Shown here piece by piece: positions 60,198 to 64,000 of a DNA stretch of 64,000 bases. This stretch comes from Candidatus Poseidoniaceae archaeon (GTDB lineage: Archaea > Thermoplasmatota > Poseidoniia > Poseidoniales > Poseidoniaceae): assembly GCA_965662895.1 (NCBI GenBank), contig CBFIJH010000007.1:32001-96000 (forward strand), in the 5' to 3' direction. The translations under genes and the position numbers were made by a program. Each line of letters opens with the position of its first letter. Position 1 is the stretch's first letter. The notes beneath the pieces were generated by a model, which was not told where the DNA came from, searched no databases, and was given only the letters and a program-made list of their open reading frames with translations.

Positions 60198-60575
60198 TCA
60201 GGTTGAGGCAACAAATGTTTCAGAAAATTTCCAACCAAGGAATGCAACCATTGGACAAAGAAGCATTGTCATGCCAACATATCCTGCAGCAAGACCGGTT
60301 TGCTGATCTTCAATGAGTCGGATTGTTTCAACCGAGAAAGCCGACATGGTTGTCAATCCACCGAGCAACCCGGTTCCAAGAAGGAGTGCCAAATCTTTGG
60401 AAATTAATTGTTCAGCAAGACCAATTGCAAGTGCGCCCATCAGGAAGGAGCCAACGATGTTGACGCAGAGTGTTGCCCAAGGAAAACCGTCGTTGGAAAC
60501 CCACTCCGAGGTCAAGTACCGTAGGGTTGCACCCAATCCACCGCCCAATGCGACCATCAAAACCTGTTGCAGCAT
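60198..60575 (-). CDS. crcB: Fluoride channel CrcB/Fluc
   Basis: GGGLGATLRY, FPWATL.VN..GS, G.LGGLTTMSAF..E. Confidence 0.92.
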   Translation of the reverse strand: MLQQVLMVALGGGLGATLRYLTSEWVSNDGFPWATLCVNIVGSFLMGALAIGLAEQLISKDLALLLGTGLLGGLTTMSAFSVETIRLIEDQQTGLAAGYVGMTMLLCPMVAFLGWKFSETFVAST

Positions 60576-60659
60576 GCCACCGGCTTGGTAATGAAGACCT
60601 TGAAGTTCGTGATTGATTGAAACCGAAAAGCCATCAATGGGGCGCGTTAAGAACAAGCC

Positions 60660-61280
60660 ATGCGCATCGTTTGGTTCATGACGGGAAATCCAGGGAAAGT
60701 CCGAGAAGCGAAGCATGCTCTTGAACCGCTGGGTTATGATGTGAAGCAATTACGGGTTGAGGGGGTTGAACTCATTGAACCTCAATGCGATGATTTGGAA
60801 ATCGTCGCACGCTCAAAACTTGAACAGGCGAAACGCTTCCTACCCGATCCACATGATGCCCTTCTGGTTGAGGATGCAGGATTGTTCGTTGACGAACTCA
60901 GCGGCTTTCCCGGCGTTTACTCTGCGTATGCATTGGAGACGATTGGATGTGAAGGTGTCCTCAACCTGATTGATGGAAAACCATCGCGAGGTGCACAGTT
61001 TGAGGCTGTCGCAGCGCTCGTTCTCGGAGATATGACGCATGTTTCTCGAGGCGTTTGCAGAGGTTCAATCGCCTCACTTATGAGCGGAAACAAAGGTTTT
61101 GGATTCGATCCAATCTTTGTTCCAGATGACATCATTCAAGACGATGCAATCACGACAACCAACGGCTTGACCTTTGCGGATGTCGACCTTTCAATAAAGG
61201 AGCAATTCAGTCATCGGCGAAAAGCGTTGAATGGTCTTGTCGAGTTGCTCTCAACATCCGAGACGGCATCATCGTCATAA
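60660..61280 (+). CDS. rdgB: RdgB/HAM1 non-canonical purine NTP pyrophosphatase
   Basis: TGNPGK, EDAGL, FPGVYS, GFGFDPIF, SHR. Confidence 0.93.
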   Translation: MRIVWFMTGNPGKVREAKHALEPLGYDVKQLRVEGVELIEPQCDDLEIVARSKLEQAKRFLPDPHDALLVEDAGLFVDELSGFPGVYSAYALETIGCEGVLNLIDGKPSRGAQFEAVAALVLGDMTHVSRGVCRGSIASLMSGNKGFGFDPIFVPDDIIQDDAITTTNGLTFADVDLSIKEQFSHRRKALNGLVELLSTSETASSS

Positions 61281-61309
61281 GCAGGGAGTTCTTGGGTGGA
61301 GCGATAGGC

Positions 61310-62218
61310 ATGGGATTCCTACGTAACACAATCGCATTGGCGTTTGTTGCGACCTTGCTGTTCTATTTTTTCACGCTCGGACAATTGGAAGAAAACCAAC
61401 AGTGGATTGTTATTGGTACGATGGTTGTTCTCGGTCTCGTTTTCATCCTTTCAGGATCGCCGTCGTTTGAACTTCCACAACAACCTGTATCAGAATCGTT
61501 ACCGATACAGCAAGAAAGCGCTGTCGAAGGCCAAGCCGACGTCGTTTCAACGGAAGCGACAACACCCGAACCTAAGGCAACAAAGACCATGACGCTGAAG
61601 GAGCGTAAAGCAGCGAAGATTCTCGCTGCAAAGGAAGCGCAACGTGCTGCAATGGCTGCAGCAAACGGTGATGAGGACGAATCCATGGAGGTGTTGCCCA
61701 TCGTTGAAGTTGAAACCGTCCACGTCGCTGACGAATACGTTGTTGAAGTCAGTCCCGAATCTGTAGAGGAAGCGGACATCCAGATGACGGTCCAAGAGCG
61801 TGCATCAAAGCACAACGAAATACGCGCCCGAATTGAAGCACGTCGCCGCTCACAAATGGCAGACATTCGCGCTTCAACCTCTCGCATGTGGGAAGAAAAC
61901 GTTGTTCGAGAGGACCTCGTATCCGTGTTGCAAAACGAAGGGCATGGCCTAACGGTCCTTGATGAACCTCTCAACCCAGATCCAGGCCACATCTACGGTG
62001 CTACATTTATCCGAATCGACGATCAACGAATTCTAAAGTATCGCTCGCAACTTGATTCTGGGTTTGAAGCCGTCATTTCGACCAAACCAGAACTTGAGCC
62101 CTTACCAACTGATCTTCCTCCTTTGATTGGTCCGGATGGAAATCCACTTCCGCTTCCAGACCTTCCAAGTCCTTCCGGTGCGCTTGCAGCACTGAAAATG
62201 GAAATGGACGAAGACTGA
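61310..62218 (+). CDS. 2-TM protein with long acidic cytoplasmic region and Pro-rich tail
   Basis: Two N-terminal TM; C-terminal LPPLIGPDGNPLPLPDLP. Confidence 0.7.
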   Translation: MGFLRNTIALAFVATLLFYFFTLGQLEENQQWIVIGTMVVLGLVFILSGSPSFELPQQPVSESLPIQQESAVEGQADVVSTEATTPEPKATKTMTLKERKAAKILAAKEAQRAAMAAANGDEDESMEVLPIVEVETVHVADEYVVEVSPESVEEADIQMTVQERASKHNEIRARIEARRRSQMADIRASTSRMWEENVVREDLVSVLQNEGHGLTVLDEPLNPDPGHIYGATFIRIDDQRILKYRSQLDSGFEAVISTKPELEPLPTDLPPLIGPDGNPLPLPDLPSPSGALAALKMEMDED

Positions 62219-62227
62219 GGCTTGTTG

Positions 62228-62932
62228 ATGGAAGCAGTCGCTCGTTCAACGTCGAAACAACGGGCCTTCATCGGACTTCTTCTCGTTGCTCTTGCACCAA
62301 CCGTTTCCGTTCTGACAAGTTTTGCACTCAAAACTGGAATTGTGGGCGGTTTTGTCTTTGTCTTCACGAAACTGTGGATGTTTGGACTACCAGCGTATTG
62401 GTATCTCAAAGTGGAAGGTGGTGAACGCTCCTACTCCATGCCAAAGAATGGAGGCTGGATGGCTGCGACACTCCTCGGTCTTGGAACCATTGTCGTGATT
62501 GGAATCGCCTATTTTGTTCTCGGTGATCGGGTCCTTCGAAGCGAAGATTTGTATGCCATTCTTGACCCATATGGTCTTACAGTGCCTTGGAAGCTTGCTC
62601 TAGGAATTGCATTTTGGATTTTTATCAATTCTGTTTTGGAAGAATACGTGTTTCGTTGGTTCATCACTTCAAAACTTGAACAGCTTGTTGGTGGAACCTG
62701 GCTTCCTATTCTCCTTTCTGCAGGCATCTTCACGCTCCATCACACGATTGCTCTGTCGTTTTTTATCGATCCATTAGGAAACGCTCTAGCATCGTTGGGC
62801 GTGTTTATCGGCGGTGTCATCTTCTCATGGCTCTATGTCCAATATCGGAGCATTTGGGTGGCTTGGGTTGCCCATGCTCTTGCAGATGTGGCAGTTTTCG
62901 CCGTTGCCTGGCATTTGATTGTTGGATTCTAA
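62228..62932 (+). CDS. CPBP/Abi (CAAX protease II) intramembrane metalloprotease
   Basis: EEYVFR, FTLHH, HALAD motifs. Confidence 0.88.
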   Translation: MEAVARSTSKQRAFIGLLLVALAPTVSVLTSFALKTGIVGGFVFVFTKLWMFGLPAYWYLKVEGGERSYSMPKNGGWMAATLLGLGTIVVIGIAYFVLGDRVLRSEDLYAILDPYGLTVPWKLALGIAFWIFINSVLEEYVFRWFITSKLEQLVGGTWLPILLSAGIFTLHHTIALSFFIDPLGNALASLGVFIGGVIFSWLYVQYRSIWVAWVAHALADVAVFAVAWHLIVGF

Positions 62933-63775
62933 TCACTTGTGCTTCCAATGAGCTTTTTCACGGTTGAGAAATGCTTTGACACCGATTTCCTTGTCTTCAG
63001 TATCGAACAATCCTGCGAAGGCTTTGGCCTCTGTTGCGACACCATCCGTAAGTCCTTCATCGAGTGCAGAGCGAAGCGTCTGTTTTGCAACACGGAGTGT
63101 GCTGCTTGATTTGGTGGCGACAAGGGAGGCCATCTCCAATGCCTTTTGTTTCAATTCATCAGCCTCAACAACATGGTTGACAAGACCAATACGATGTGCT
63201 TCTCCCGCATCGATCATCTCACCAGTGTACACCAATTCGAGGGCTTTTCCATAACCGAGCAAGGAAACGAGCCGTTGGGTACCACCGTATCCTGGTATGA
63301 GTCCGAGGTTAATTTCAGGTGTTCCAAACTTCGATCGAGTACTCGCGATACGAATGTCACATGAGCAGGCAACTTCGAGACCGCCACCGAGAGAGAACCC
63401 ATCGACCATAGCAATGGTTGGTTTGCTTAAGTTCCACAATGCTTCAATCGCATTGTTCGTGAATTTCACGGTAATTTCTTCGCTTCCAGCTCCAAGAAAT
63501 TCGGTAATGTCTGCGCCTGCAACGAACGCGTTGGGTTTTGCTCGCTTCCCTTCTTCAGGCTCGAGCGGTTGTGCGCCGGTCACAACGATGCACCGGACCA
63601 ATGCTTCGGATTCAGCCCATGCAACCATTTCCTTCATCGCTGAAGTCACATCAGCATTGAGTGCATTCAACTTATTTGGCCGATTGATTGTTACCAAAGC
63701 AACAACTGTTCCGTCGTCGCATGCTTCAACAGGAATCGTTTCAATGGTCAGGACATCGTGATGAGGGGGCGTCAT
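62933..63775 (-). CDS. Enoyl-CoA hydratase/crotonase
   Basis: NRPNKLNAL, AGADI, GGGLE, PEINLG.IPGYGGTQRL. Confidence 0.92.
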   Translation of the reverse strand: MTPPHHDVLTIETIPVEACDDGTVVALVTINRPNKLNALNADVTSAMKEMVAWAESEALVRCIVVTGAQPLEPEEGKRAKPNAFVAGADITEFLGAGSEEITVKFTNNAIEALWNLSKPTIAMVDGFSLGGGLEVACSCDIRIASTRSKFGTPEINLGLIPGYGGTQRLVSLLGYGKALELVYTGEMIDAGEAHRIGLVNHVVEADELKQKALEMASLVATKSSSTLRVAKQTLRSALDEGLTDGVATEAKAFAGLFDTEDKEIGVKAFLNREKAHWKHK

Positions 63776-63869
63776 GGATTTGGCACGCAAAGGGAGTTCA
63801 AGAGTCCACCGATGCATCGCTTAGGTGGTTCAAGCAAGCAATGAAAACCCCAAGATGGTTGGTCATCAT

Positions 63870-64000
63870 ATGGGCGAAAACGCACAACCCCTCGTACGCG
63901 CAGTGGACATGGGCAAGCGTTACGGAGAATTCGTAGCACTTCATCCTCTCAATGTTGAAGTTCATTCTGGAGAATTTTTCGGCGTTTTTGGACCGAACGG
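63870..64000 (+). CDS. ABC transporter ATP-binding protein (3'-truncated; not in ORF track)
   Basis: Hand translation MGENAQPLVRAVDMGKRYGEFVALHPLNVEVHSGEFFGVFGPNG ends in the Walker A start. Confidence 0.85.
   Translation, partial: MGENAQPLVRAVDMGKRYGEFVALHPLNVEVHSGEFFGVFGPN

Noticed and set aside
60576-60659. Fluoride riboswitch upstream of crcB
   Set aside because: No GGCGATGG...TGATGAC-type consensus; a promoter-like element at -24 implies a leaderless mRNA.
1-64000. CRISPR array, rRNA, IS or prophage genes
   Set aside because: No regularly spaced repeats, rRNA-like tracts, transposase or viral hallmark ORFs found.

Overview
Gene-dense (~47-50% GC by eye) archaeal chromosome segment, most consistent with a Marine Group II euryarchaeote (Ca. 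Poseidoniales). Archaeal markers: MC1, Alba, CDC48/VAT, PRC-barrel, stand-alone Bud32, group II chaperonin, PyrI, DUF6015, and mostly leaderless TATA-type promoters. These are mixed with bacterial-type genes (ThrRS, HMG-CoA synthase, DnaK, mycobacterial-Sdh1-like succinate dehydrogenase, NadA, DHS-like SpeY) and large acidic surface proteins. About 60 CDS and one tRNA-Gly(GCC); no rRNA, CRISPR, integrase or transposase seen. Best leads: (1) a translationally coupled Roadblock-like + Roadblock/coiled-coil + small membrane protein operon, next to an AT-rich iterated-repeat locus; (2) an agmatinase / AdoMetDC-like / DHS-like operon that reads as an Arg-to-homospermidine pathway with a repurposed decarboxylase; (3) an Mrp/NBP35 ATPase whose Fe-S-binding CPxC motif is replaced by a beta-rich insert, paired with a DUF971 protein; (4) a membrane-protein gene that needs a -1 shift at an in-phase A_AAA_AAG heptamer. 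All family calls are by motif recognition, not database searches.
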